Positions 1-11,744 of a stretch of 64,000 nt of DNA are shown here, piece by piece. The notes below the pieces were generated by a model that saw only the letters and a program-made list of their open reading frames with translations, was not told the origin of the DNA and made no database searches. The DNA lies in NCBI GenBank assembly GCA_010093705.1, contig MU006119.1, positions 73,002 through 137,001 of the forward strand. The letters run 5' to 3'. Both the position numbers and the translations under genes were made by a program. The DNA is from Patellaria atrata CBS 101060. Lineage: Eukaryota. Each line of letters begins with the position of its first letter. Within the stretch, counting starts at the first letter, position 1.

Positions 1-553
1 TGTCTGCCAGACTTTCATAGCATTATAGTAGTGCTGAAGGGATGGGCCGATTGGAATTCCGGCGTATGAGGGAACCAACAGCATATTGCATAAGAGGGAG
101 AACAAAATAGTGTCAAAAACAAACGAATTAAAGAACGTCACGGCATGACATGTACTCTACCATTTAGAACCAAGAGAACGACATGAATTTGAAAGAGCCA
201 GATGTTGTTTCGAAGGGGCGCTCGTACAATGGAGAATTAGATCTGCTATTGCAGCCTTGACTAACCGTTTGTGGTCATTCCCACCTCACTGCATGTACTG
301 TATAAATACGGCGCCTGTGTATGTGAGAAGAGCTTCAGCCGTATCCTTTCCTCTCTCTCAATAATATGGTTGTGCACTCACAAAGTACCTAAGACTGGAT
401 TCTGTTAACTGTCGTTACAATTAACCGCACGACGTTATGTACGTGCGTCTGTCATACTCGAGGGAGATATACTCGTACAGAAATAAATCATAATTAAAGC
501 AGACTGTACAGCGGATAAGAATCAAAGAAAAGCATTAACCAGATCTTTTTCGC

Positions 554-2858
554 CTAGAAGTTCATCATGTCTAGCATCCGCGTTAGCTAACAATCACTCT
601 TAGTATCAAAGTGAAAGGAGACCTCACCTCTGCCGAACAGCGCTCTCTTACTCCAATCCATGGCAAGCAGAATTCTCGTTCTCAAACTCACGCTCTGCGC
701 GAAATAAATACTTCTCCACAGGTATACCGCCAACAAGCCTCCCGAGAAGTTCATGCCCCCGAAATCAAACACTGCCGCGTTACCGATGTATGCCAAACTT
801 CCCAGGTGTTTGTACTCGAATGCCTTGTAGATGGCCTCATCCAAGTCTCCATAGTCCACCTGATTAGCTTGCATACCCGGCGCCGCCTGCGCCGCCTTAT
901 TGAACTTGCGGCCGAGGTAGAGACCCTGCTGATGCGCACGTTGAGCCGTCGCCGGTAGTGATGTCAGCTTCGAGTCGATCTGCCGCAGGAGTTCCAAAAG
1001 CTCGCCAAAATCCAGTGTTCCGGATCTGTCCTTGTCGTACTCCTGGAACAGCCTATCCAGACGTCGGAGATGGTCGGCCGCTTGAGGAAAGTGGACGCGG
1101 ACTCGTTTGGCTACTTTGCGCCAGTCGGAGAAGGAGATCTGCATTTCTTCCGGATTCTTGCCTTTCTCCCACGCGAGTGTGCGGAGGAAAGTGACGATGT
1201 GCTCGGAGACGTTATTTTGGACTGTGGAGCAATCACCGATGGCATAGACGTCGCCCAACGGCGCGCCAAGCAAGCGAAGATGAGTGTCGGTTTCAAGAGC
1301 ATGTTTGTTGTTCTGATTTTCCAGTTTTTGAGCTAGTATTTGGCAGAACTCTGTTTGGGCTTTGGGCCGTTTAGCTATGGAAGGGAATAAGTAGAGCATG
1401 GAAAGCCTTACAAACACCAGTGGACCAAAGACAAAACCCCATCGGGAGCTCTTTTGTAGTAATCTTCCCGTCTTCGCCCTTCTGACTAAAAAGAATCTTG
1501 TCGGCCTGGACTTCTTTAACGCGTGAGTTCGTAAGCACCTCGACTGATTCATGAGCGAAGCGTTCCTAAACATGTAAGCGTTGAACTTCACAAGTGATGG
1601 GAAAATGATAACTAGCCATACCTCTGCATACTTGGATAGAGCTTCATCATAGGTATTGAGGATATGGCCTCTACTCTGGATGACATGCACAGAGATCTCA
1701 TTGCGTAACAGTCTTGGATACATCTGTATAAGATCCTCGTTAAGCATGTCATACAGCTCCGCCGCAAACTCTACTCCGGTTGGTCCCCCACCACTAATGA
1801 CGAAGGAGAGAAGTCGTCGACGTTCCTCATCAGAGGTCGTGGGCAGACATGCCGTCTCCAAGTTCTCTATCACCTTATTCCGTATAAGCCGGGCGTCAGT
1901 GATATCCTTTAGGAAATGACAATGTTCAAGACCCTTGACTCCATGTGGATTGGTTACAGAGCCTAACGATGGTCAGAAACCGTAGTGGTAAAATGAGCTA
2001 CACCGACAACTCACCGACACCGATGACGAGCTTATCATATGGCAAATAGAAATGCTCCTTCACGCCGTCAGATCCGATAGAGGAGACCTCTACCAGTTTT
2101 GACGAGAAGTCAATGTCTTCCGCCTTAGCATTCAAGAATTGGCCCCGGACTCTAGCGATAATACGTCGGACAGGCTCTACAAGGGATCGGAGTTCTAGAG
2201 TACCGACCGTTGCCGATGGAAGCATTGGTGTAAAGAGGAAAGCATTCGAAGGAGACACCACAGTAACATGATAGTCTCCGGGATTCAGTTGCTTTAATAG
2301 GGCCACGCTACCCCAACCCGTCCCCAAGATGACCAACTTTGGTTTGTGCTTCTGATTGTAGTTTTCCGGTGTAGCATCGTCGTCGATAAGATGCTCAGCT
2401 ATAGGAAGGTTTTTTGGGCCACCTCTTCGCGGATTCAATGCTAATTCCGATATGGGTACGTCCGCACTGGCAGGATCTAATTTATACGTTGTGGCATCAT
2501 AGACGAAAAAGGCCAGCAGAAGGCCGCCTGACGTAAGCATAAACCCACCGAATAATGCAAGACTCCTGTATGCTATTCGAACAAGCCGCGAACGTTGCTT
2601 TGGATTAGGAAGCGTGGATGCCCCGCGGTAAGTGATTTTAGGTCTTATTGTATGCAATTGCGATTGGGAACAAGGTAAGACGAATGACGGCAACGAGGAG
2701 CGAGAATTGAATTGAAGGCGCGAGAAGTCTGAGAAAGGTCTGCGTTGTACTGAATGGAGATCATGGTGGAATAGCTGTCGAGCGCTCGATATCGGCTTAT
2801 GATTCCAGAGAGCAGCATCCGATCGAGTGGACGTGAGTCTGCCGCGCCGCAGTAGCAT
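554..2858 (-). CDS. Mitochondrial type II (alternative, external) NAD(P)H dehydrogenase with EF-hand, NDE-1/64 kDa type; 5 exons (2858-2015, 1962-1622, 1565-1412, 1359-628, 570-554)
   Basis: Rossmann motifs VILGTGWG and SGGGPTGVEFAAE, FLFTPMLPS, YAIGDC, LPATAQRAHQQG, YKHLGSLAYIG; EF-hand DKDRSGTLDFGEL; Arg-rich N-terminal presequence; four GT..AG introns restore one frame ending GRDMMNF*. Confidence 0.93.
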
Positions 2859-4741
2859 CGCTATAGAACTCCTCCAGACACAGAAATCAATTGGCGCTTA
2901 TCTATCATAAGGCAGGTTCTAGGAGCAGTTGAGAGAAATATAAAGAGAAGGGAGAGGTAGGAGTTGATTGATAACTAGAAAAGTACTGTGTACCTTTTAG
3001 TGTGTACTGTACATTGACCCTGTTACCTGTTGCTAACCCTGCTGCGCTGTGACGTAAATCACGTGATGAGCTCTTGAGGTGAACTACAGCATCGGAGAAA
3101 CCATTTGCCGCCCCCTTCTCGTCCGTTCCTTTGCTTCTTTTGACAACATCACAGATAGAACCTCCGATCATTTCATCCCTTTGCTGTATTTCCTTGCAAC
3201 ATCCGTACTATTAGGCATTGCCGCATATGCTAGTGTATTGGAGGATACAACGTATCTCAATTTCAGGCTCTCATGAGATCCGATGATCTGTATTGTGCAG
3301 TTACAAGTTCTTCTGCAGCTTCGATGTCCTGTTCAAGCAGAGAGTCCAGTGAGAGAGAGACAGAATAGCGCCTTTGAATGGCTCAATTCGCTCAGAGGGA
3401 AGCTAAAATAGTGGACTGATCACCAGATATTTATTCAAACTGGATGTATGACTCTTTCCCTGCAGTCAATCGGGATAATACGTTCCAGCTAGTAGACTCC
3501 TTCGGACCTTTTGTCTATTACAAACCGTATCTTCCGATGTCTGAGGAGGTCTTGTCTATTACTCTCATGTTACTCCCTTCTCAACCCACTCTTGTTCCGT
3601 TCAAAGTTCTTAACTAAGTGACACCCTCACTTGTCAATCACTTCTCTTGCACAAAAGGTATCCAGATCTCTAGTGTGTTCTCTCACGTTTGAATTCGACC
3701 CTTCGTCTGCAGGCCTTTACAAAACAGGTGCGGTCCGTCGGAAAAATATATCTTTACGTGTCCTTCATTCCATATTCAAGTTATCTCATCATAATATTGA
3801 ATAACCGTATTCGTAAGCTATCTCAGAATATCAGCGGAGACGTAATGTTCTTTCGTATAATTCTACATCAGCTCACGGACAAATATCACCTTCGTTGTCT
3901 TTCCGAAGGCAGGTTTGAACAAGGAATCCTCTGAAAGAGGTATAACATCTCACTCTCTGATTATGGACCAAATCGATCGAAGAGAAGACGAAGTTTTGTG
4001 AGTGTTTACACCTTTACTGAGGGAAAGGACCATGTTCAAGCGAAGATTGTTGGCCGAGATAGTATAGGTGGGTAAGTCTTTCTTTTCCTTACATCAGCCT
4101 TCAATATCTCTTGAGATTGATAAATAGGATCCCGCACATTTCAAGAGTGGAAATAATAATGCTACAGTCAATTTTTGTATGCTAAATGTTTAGGAGCACT
4201 TACTATGCTATGGTTCGACTCGACGCCGGAGAAGCTGAAGAGCCATCTTCACAGTTTTGAATTCAATCAAACTCTCAGATGCGGAAACCTCACCCGGTTT
4301 AGTTCATCATTGGTTAAAGCGTATTGTCTATACGGAAAGCTTGCATCGTTCAATCTCAAAGTTCAGCGTAGAAGATTTGAGTAGATTTTGATTTTGTGCT
4401 AGACAATTGTTAAGAAACGAGTTCACGGTCTGTCACGTCGATATTAACACACATTTCTTTGCCAAGAGACCTTCAAAACGTGCTTCGCACACAAACACAA
4501 CTTTACCCAAGAACTTAACCTGTCCAACACTAAATTCACCACTAAATTCACCACTAAATTTGAACTTACAGCATTCAAGCCAATTTCTCGCCTGCTTCCT
4601 TTCAGCTTTACCTACATAAATTCTTTTCTTTCCCAACCTCACTTCCACATCACAATCAGCCAAAATCACGTTACAACTTTAGCATCCCCATACTCACGCT
4701 AGTTGTTTACATTGCATAACAATAGCACCATAAACCGCTCA

Positions 4742-7153
4742 ATGAGTTTACCACACAACGAGGACATCATGCCTTACCATTCGGAACACCCCTTCCCCCA
4801 TAACGATCACGCTTCATATCAGTTCAGTCATGATGGATCTGATGAGATCCAGCCTCCCTCTAACAACCGCGCTAGTCCCAACACTTCCGATACTAGGACT
4901 AAACACACACATTCCAAAATTACACAGCTCATCAACGAGGTGAATGCTCAGTTCAGCACCGGCCTTCCACCAGATCAAGTCAAGGTCGGTAGTGTTGTGT
5001 CTATTGTCGCCGAACTTCCAAGTGATTACGTTTTTCTATGGAATTTAACGGACAATGCCTTGGCTAAAGGTTTCTTGACAAAGACCCTCGGCTTCTACTC
5101 AAGAGTAGTGGATGTTAAATGGCTCTTGGACGGTGTTGAAGAGATTGTTGCTCGACGTCGTCTGAACGAAGCTCCGGCTAATCTAAAGAGGGTCGAATCT
5201 ATAAGACCTGCGAGTTCCCAAGGTCAATCCGCATACCAACAAATTTCTGCATCACAGACCCGCCCTCTTAGACCACAAAATAATTACTATACGAATGGAT
5301 TCCAGATTACAGAGAGAGATGACACAAAGCGTCCTAATTCTGGCGTACCATACATTGCAACACCCGGAAGATTTTTGTCTGTTCAAGAAGCGAAAATCCA
5401 CTTGAAGTATCCACGTTGGACCCCACCCGACTCACCAATCCCTGAGACTGAAGAAGAAGTATTGGAATGTGTACAACAGCTGATGGAGGCAATGTTGGAT
5501 TCAAGCAACATCCAGGACAAACGTATGACGAAATTTCAGATGACACAATATTCGCAAGAAGACTTCGAGGCGAGGTGTTGGTTGGTCTATCATGGTATGG
5601 TGAAACTACATCAGAATGGTTGCACGCTTTTCCCGGGCCCGGATATGACAGAAAGGACGTCAACCGATCGCAACTACAGTTTTCAGACTCGTCTTGCCGA
5701 GCTATGCAAACTTCTCAAGCATTGGAAATGTGCTTGTCAAGACATCATGGATGGTGTGAAAATTGATCATTATATCGCCGCGCCAACCATGCACAACAAA
5801 CGCAAACACATCAATAAAGTCGGTAATGATGAAAAGGCTGGTCATCTGAAGAAGGGCAAAGCTATTGCTAAGCAGGAGAAGGAACAGGAGAAACAGATTG
5901 CTAAGCATAAGGACGATGAGGATACAGAACGTCCTAGTAAGAAGAGAAAGACGGCGCCAACCAGTAAAGTGACGCGTGACAAAGCTTGCTCTCCTCCGGC
6001 TGGAATTGAAGATAATGGTGATAACACCGGCGATGCCAAATCTTTACCCCCCGCACATGCAGTTCTACCAACACCGACTGCGAACAATCGTGGCAGACAA
6101 GGTGTGAACAGGAATCAGAAGTTGCGCCCACAAACTTCTGGCCATCGTTCCCCCTTGAGTTCTCGTAGGAATTCTCCTGCAGTCCTTCAACCCATTGGAG
6201 TCAATGATCGCCAGTTCCAGCCAGGGACTCAATCTAGCTTCGCAACACTTGGTAGTGCTTATAATAGCCAGGGTGGAGATGGGCAGACCGCATTTGCCGC
6301 AACTATTTCTTCTTTCCCTCAAGGATGGCAAGAGAAGCGTATAAGTGTATACCGCGAACCAAACGTGCAGTTGGGTGCCACTGTACATCCTCAATATCCC
6401 CCTTCCCAAAATTCTTCCACATACTTTGGGCAGCAAGGTCCTTCTCAGCCTTACCTCCTCAATGATGCCGGCCTCTCTAGTCAGTTGCAAGATACTAACA
6501 CGATTGCCACATCCGATCTATTCATTCCTTGCCAGCAGTTGCCCATGGATCAGGCTTTCACTAATTCTTGGGTGAATGCGGCCTCACCAATGCATCACAA
6601 TCCCAACATGCATAATCAAATGTTGGGGAACACGAAAATCTTCAGTAACGGTAGGATCCAATCAGAAGAGGGAGGCGTCAGCAACCACTCCATCCTACAT
6701 AATCAGATGTTGGGAAACACGAACAACGCCAGTAACAAGAGGAAACGCTCAAGTGACCTAGATGTCAGCAACCACCACAACCTACATAATCAGATGTCGG
6801 GAAATATGAACAACACTGGTAACAAGAGGAAACCCTCATACAACCAAAGTGTCACCAACCACCTCAACCTACATAATCAAATGCCGGGAAACACGAACAA
6901 CGCCAATTACAACCGGAAATGCTCAAATGAGCAAGTTGTCAGCAATCACACCCGACTGCATAATCAGATGTCGGGAAACATTACCAATGCCAGTAACAAG
7001 AGGAAGCGCTCAAACGAGCAAGAGGATAGCAACTATGGTGCCCATTCATCTCCTCCTTTGATTTTGAATGATATCAATAATGATGACTCCGGCATCTTGA
7101 TGGACGATCTAGCCGAGGACGGTTTTGGAGACGGGGCGAACGATGCAGTCTAA
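4742..7153 (+). CDS. Hypothetical protein (~803 aa) with central helical domain, basic NLS-like patches and C-terminal 29-aa repeats
   Basis: 2.4 kb uninterrupted ORF, first ATG at 4742; no family I can name. Confidence 0.75.
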   Translation: MSLPHNEDIMPYHSEHPFPHNDHASYQFSHDGSDEIQPPSNNRASPNTSDTRTKHTHSKITQLINEVNAQFSTGLPPDQVKVGSVVSIVAELPSDYVFLWNLTDNALAKGFLTKTLGFYSRVVDVKWLLDGVEEIVARRRLNEAPANLKRVESIRPASSQGQSAYQQISASQTRPLRPQNNYYTNGFQITERDDTKRPNSGVPYIATPGRFLSVQEAKIHLKYPRWTPPDSPIPETEEEVLECVQQLMEAMLDSSNIQDKRMTKFQMTQYSQEDFEARCWLVYHGMVKLHQNGCTLFPGPDMTERTSTDRNYSFQTRLAELCKLLKHWKCACQDIMDGVKIDHYIAAPTMHNKRKHINKVGNDEKAGHLKKGKAIAKQEKEQEKQIAKHKDDEDTERPSKKRKTAPTSKVTRDKACSPPAGIEDNGDNTGDAKSLPPAHAVLPTPTANNRGRQGVNRNQKLRPQTSGHRSPLSSRRNSPAVLQPIGVNDRQFQPGTQSSFATLGSAYNSQGGDGQTAFAATISSFPQGWQEKRISVYREPNVQLGATVHPQYPPSQNSSTYFGQQGPSQPYLLNDAGLSSQLQDTNTIATSDLFIPCQQLPMDQAFTNSWVNAASPMHHNPNMHNQMLGNTKIFSNGRIQSEEGGVSNHSILHNQMLGNTNNASNKRKRSSDLDVSNHHNLHNQMSGNMNNTGNKRKPSYNQSVTNHLNLHNQMPGNTNNANYNRKCSNEQVVSNHTRLHNQMSGNITNASNKRKRSNEQEDSNYGAHSSPPLILNDINNDDSGILMDDLAEDGFGDGANDAV
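6611..7035 (+). repeat. Five 87-bp (29-aa) coding tandem repeats
   Basis: CATAATCA(A/G)ATG recurs at 6611, 6698, 6785, 6872, 6959; peptide HNQMxGNxxNxxNKRKxS. Confidence 0.92.
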
Positions 7154-7384
7154 AGAATGTAACCATGGTAACCATGATCCCGCTTCAATTGCAAATAACA
7201 CAACTCCAAAAACACCTCGCATAACGTCAGAAATTCAGGGTTAGAAGATTTCTACCGAGTAATATGACACGTAGCGTTAGAATCTTTCCTGACAAACAAT
7301 CTGGCCACCCCTTGGCTTTGCCTACAAACATCATCGGTATTGGGGAAAACTTCATTCAGTATTATCAGAGACATCGTCTAATAT

Positions 7385-7575
7385 TTTTGGAAGCGTATCT
7401 TGTATTATTCGAAAACATTCCTCGGTGTTATTGGAAGCATCCCTAATGTTATTGGAAGCATTTCCTGGTGTCCTTGGAAACACTCCCCCAGTGTTATTAA
7501 AAGCATTCCCTGGTGTCATTAGACACACCCACTGAGCTTATTGAAGCAATTGTTGGTGTTATTAGAGCCATCCTT
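7385..7575. repeat. Degenerate ~21-23 bp minisatellite, roughly 8-9 units
   Basis: Recurring GTGTTATTGGAAGCATTCC-like unit, e.g. at ~7424, 7446, 7468, 7491, 7513. Confidence 0.7.
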
Positions 7576-8315
7576 GAATATCCCTCTCTTTCCTCACTCT
7601 GTTGGTTGTTTTAACGCTCCTATTTTGGACCCTTTAGTTGGAAAGCTTTTTGCTATTTCTTTTCTGTTCAGTATATCACTTGGCCTTGAGGCTAAAATTA
7701 CAGCAACCATTTCGCAGCCCCCAAGTATTTGCTCTCTATCTCAAGAGAGGGACTACACGAGGCTGAGCGAATGGCTGTAGTTGAAGGCGCTATTCATGCA
7801 CACGGTGGGGTCCTGTGTTCCTTCCACACTTTCATACATTGTATAATCGATGCTTGCTTTTGGGATTGTTTGGATGTATTTTGGTGCCCCGTTTTGCTGG
7901 AAAACTATAACCCAACTTCTTTAGGTTACAGAATATAGCAATGAAAATCTCGATTCTCTTCAAACAAAGTGATTCATTCAATGATAGATTAGCTAGATGT
8001 GTTCAAGTGAAAGACCTTGATCCACATAAAGAAGTGATCCTGAAATCTTGCAAATTTCGTTTTCTATGATACGTGTCTCTATCAAGACCTCGTTTAAATC
8101 GGACTCCGTACACACAGCTCGTTGTAGGTTTGCTTCGTGATCCTAGAGAAATTCTATATCACACAGAGGACAGCAGCCATAATTGAAGTGATACAACGCT
8201 AAATGCTAAGCTAACAATGGTTGTTAAAAACCTTGAAGAACATCATAATATAGTTTGGTATCTAATGCGAGCAGCAATGAAAACTATGTCTATAATGCAT
8301 CTTCCAATCCACTTA

Positions 8316-10445
8316 TTATTTTCTACTTCGGGCCTTGACTTTGGCAACCAGTTTCTGCAGATCATCAGCATCTCCGACCTCCTTGTTGATTGATCGCTTG
8401 ACCGCTCCTTTCGCCACTCGGCCAGGTTTGGGGTCAGATTCTCTTTCCTTCCTTTTTCTACGACCTTCCTCTAGTAGTGCTTTCATCCCTTCAGTGCCCA
8501 AGAACCTAGGATTCGTCGGATCAATAGCAAATTCATGGCTCTCAAATACGCCCCTAAACCGAGGGTCGTTGACATCCATCTGGAAGTCATCTCTTTTAGC
8601 TTTCTCAACTGCGTTCTTCCTTTTCTTCCCCCCCTTGTCCCTTTTCCTTTCCTTCTCGGCCTTGGCAATCTCGATCATGTCGAAGTGCTGCATACTCCCT
8701 TGGTCTTTGTCCTCGTCCATCATCAATAGCTCTAACTTAGCACGCTTCGACGCATTCACCCTTTCTTCTGCCTCCCGCTCAGTGCGCTTTCGAGCTTTCG
8801 CGTCGCGTCGCGCTTTTTTAGCTTCTGTAGCAGTATGAGCAGCCGGGTCGAGGAAGAACGGATCATTGAAGGGGTCTTCACTCTCCATTACGTTACTCTT
8901 AGCGTTATCGGAAACTTTTGGAACCTCAATAGCTGTAGATGCTGCTTCTACTGGTTCTTCATCGAGTCGTTTAGCTTTGGCCTTTTCTTTTCGTTTTGCT
9001 TTCCGTTCCTTTTCTTTCCGAATGTACTTCTCCATAGTGGTCTCTTCTGTTATAGGCTCATTTTCGAATACAGAATTATTAGACGGCTTGCTTGAAAGTC
9101 CGGACGTGAACGTGATCTGCATATTCCCCACAGGTCCATCATCTTTTTGTTTTGATGATTTGGCTGGCTCCACGGAAAGGCCGAGGGCTGAGCGAAGGGC
9201 AGCGGCTTTGGCACTCTTATTTGACATTCTCGAAAAATTTGCTTCTGAATCCTCTACTTCCCTTTCTATCTCTTCGTCGGAGAAGCCAGCAAAATCTGAC
9301 GAGGAATTATCGCTACCGATGTACGCCAGCAAGTCATTCTCTTCTAGTTCCCCTCGGCTGAAGGCACGTTTTTGTACCTCTTTCCTCTGGGTGTCGTCGG
9401 CATCCCAAGTGAGCTTAACCTTACTCCGCGTTAGGGCATCAGTAACAAAATCATTAGGTCTATAGCCGTCAGGTACGCTCTCACACTCGTCCCGGGGGTT
9501 TTCATCAAACTTCACGGAATCAGGGATGAATCTAAGGTCGAAGAAGTTAGCAGATGAGAGGTACTCGCGACCGTCCATAGCGTCGTAAAGGTGTTTAGCA
9601 GTGTTCATGTCTGAGCATGAGAGAACTGCGTAATAGTATCGAAGACGAGTAAGCTGATAATTGCGCAAAGCAGCTGAATTAAAATCTGCGCCGTCGTCTT
9701 CTTGGATGAGACGTTTCTTGATCTTCTCTTCATTGTCGGATTCTGAACCATCGTCTGCTGATGCCTCAGAGATAGGTCCATCTTCATGGGTAGTGGACGT
9801 AAATATTTCACGGGGCGGTCCTTCTAACTCTTCCCGCTCCAACCTCTCACGTCCATACTCACTAGGGTATACTGTAACTTTCAATATTCGACCCTCAGGG
9901 GGTGCAAAACTAGACGCGACCGCCATTAGATCCATGGCACGTATATTATCCCAGTCCAAGTTTACTGCCGCTAAGCGTGACGATACGTCTCCGGTGGGAA
10001 CCTGCGCCTCTTCAACATTGAGGAATTCTTCCCCAGGATCTTCAAGATCCTCATCTTCCTCTTCCGATTCGCTCTGACTACTTGACGAGGAGGTATCGAA
10101 ACCCCCGTCTCTCGCTAGATTGTACTTGTTGTCCAACCTATTTAATTCCCTCGCGACCTCATCATCATCATCGGCGCTACTTTCCCCTTCGTCCTCATCA
10201 TCTTCCTCGTCCGTCAATTCCTCCTTATACAGCCTTCGTAGCTTCTCTTTCCCCGCATCACGTTTTACTTCCCGTCCGTATCGGTCTACTGGAGCTTGCC
10301 GAGAGAATTCATCATCGCGTAACATGCGCGAGAAACGCTTGTCGAGTTTAACATGGGTATGCTTTTTGGATGGAAGGCGATATCGAGGGTCGGTGTGGAT
10401 GTTGGAGAACCGCGGGTCGGATACTCGTTTATTTGGAGGCCCCAT
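8316..10445 (-). CDS. ESF1: Pre-rRNA-processing protein Esf1, intronless
   Basis: N-terminal DPRF...DPRY...LDKRF, RLAAVNLDWDNIRAMDL, VTVYPSEYG, LRNYQLTRLRYYYAV, SANFFDLRFIPD, SKVKLTWD, C-terminal NUC153-like DPRF...FAIDPTNPRF. Confidence 0.95.
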   Translation of the reverse strand: MGPPNKRVSDPRFSNIHTDPRYRLPSKKHTHVKLDKRFSRMLRDDEFSRQAPVDRYGREVKRDAGKEKLRRLYKEELTDEEDDEDEGESSADDDDEVARELNRLDNKYNLARDGGFDTSSSSSQSESEEEDEDLEDPGEEFLNVEEAQVPTGDVSSRLAAVNLDWDNIRAMDLMAVASSFAPPEGRILKVTVYPSEYGRERLEREELEGPPREIFTSTTHEDGPISEASADDGSESDNEEKIKKRLIQEDDGADFNSAALRNYQLTRLRYYYAVLSCSDMNTAKHLYDAMDGREYLSSANFFDLRFIPDSVKFDENPRDECESVPDGYRPNDFVTDALTRSKVKLTWDADDTQRKEVQKRAFSRGELEENDLLAYIGSDNSSSDFAGFSDEEIEREVEDSEANFSRMSNKSAKAAALRSALGLSVEPAKSSKQKDDGPVGNMQITFTSGLSSKPSNNSVFENEPITEETTMEKYIRKEKERKAKRKEKAKAKRLDEEPVEAASTAIEVPKVSDNAKSNVMESEDPFNDPFFLDPAAHTATEAKKARRDAKARKRTEREAEERVNASKRAKLELLMMDEDKDQGSMQHFDMIEIAKAEKERKRDKGGKKRKNAVEKAKRDDFQMDVNDPRFRGVFESHEFAIDPTNPRFLGTEGMKALLEEGRRKRKERESDPKPGRVAKGAVKRSINKEVGDADDLQKLVAKVKARSRK

Positions 10446-10557
10446 TTGCAAATTTAGGTTCTTCGAAGATTGTAAGGTAAACTGTTCTGAAAGATATTGA
10501 TTAGTTCAGGTTCAGACGTCCTGCGCACAAAAAAATAAGTGTTTGAGCTTGGACATA

Positions 10558-10571
10558 TCTTATCGATAAGA
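10558..10571. promoter_or_regulatory. Palindromic double-GATA element TCTTATCGATAAGA upstream of ESF1
   Basis: Perfect 14-bp palindrome ~113 bp upstream of the ESF1 ATG; regulatory role inferred. Confidence 0.6.
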
Positions 10572-10759
10572 AGCTTTTAGTGTTTCTACTTTCTACTTTC
10601 CACTGCGGGAAAGCGGGAAAGAGATCGTGTGCCTACAATGGAATAAAGCACTAATTTATATCTTCAACAACTCATCTTCATATATCCATCTATTATCTGG
10701 CAGAACCAAATTTCCAATTCTATTTCTAAATCTCTTTAATACCTTTGAACTGCTTCGCA

Positions 10760-11092
10760 CTACCCATGACTTGGCAAAACTTTGTAAAGTGAGTTCATAA
10801 AGTTCTCCACCCCTACGACTCCGACATATTGTGGCATAACAGCTCTCAATTGACGTTCATAGCCGACGAAATGTATCCATCTTTGTTCTCCTTTCACTAG
10901 GAGGTTCTTACGCCATTTTGAAAGCGCGTACGCTCTCCGAGAAGAGGAAGCAGCGGTTGCAGCGCGATTATTCGGTGCATACCTCCCGATCCGGTCAGTT
11001 AACCCCCAAATTACCTCGAACGGATTCCACCAGACCACACTATAACTGTCCTTGTATCTTGCTGATGGGACTCGGTGCGTAGGAGGTGGCAT
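10760..11092 (-). CDS. Small hypothetical protein (110 aa)
   Basis: ATG in CAAATG context and protein-like composition; no recognised domain. Confidence 0.4.
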   Translation of the reverse strand: MPPPTHRVPSARYKDSYSVVWWNPFEVIWGLTDRIGRYAPNNRAATAASSSRRAYALSKWRKNLLVKGEQRWIHFVGYERQLRAVMPQYVGVVGVENFMNSLYKVLPSHG

Positions 11093-11744
11093 TTGACTTG
11101 GATGCTCTCTTCAAATTGACTGAAGTATCCCTCGGCCTCTCTATTTCTCCTTACTCTTTACGGCTACATCTCGATATGATGGTAATTTGGACGGCGCAGG
11201 CAACAAAGCATAGTGATAATAACTTCTTTTGTTCAAAAAATGGCGTATAATGGGGTGCTAAAGCATTCGCGGGCGTTCTATTTTTTTTTCGGGTGGGTCA
11301 TTTTGTTGGCTATCAGATCATGACTTTTTGAACATTGACATTATATTCATCATCAGGCACTACCCTCACTAGGCTTTTCCAGTTGTCCATTATTCTTAAC
11401 ATTGTTTCTCTGTTCACTCTGTACGAATCTTCCTAATATGCAAGATTCGTCTAGTTCCCGTACTCCTTCACTCGTTCGGCATACCGCCGATTTCACAACG
11501 TCATGATCGACAGTGAGCGACACACATGTGTCTACCTTGAGATTCCAGCACTACCATACCTTACAAGTTATCTTCCGTATGCAAGAGGGAGAAAGACATT
11601 TGACTTGCGGTAACTTGAACATTGCCCCTCTTAACATACTCTCATTGTCAGTGTACTATATGATCCCCGTGGACGGCCCACTTCCCTTTTTCCAGGACTT
11701 CAACCTCATATTCTTTGAATTTTACTGACCTTCGCACCACCATA

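Noticed and set aside
4528..4560. 12-bp CACTAAATTCAC repeat, about 2.7 copies
   Set aside because: Short slippage repeat with no evidence of function
7385..7575. CRISPR-like array
   Set aside because: Eukaryotic context, degenerate adjacent units with no unique spacers, no cas genes
8335..10500. Several + strand ORFs of 60-200 aa
   Set aside because: Antisense shadows of the charged low-complexity ESF1 CDS
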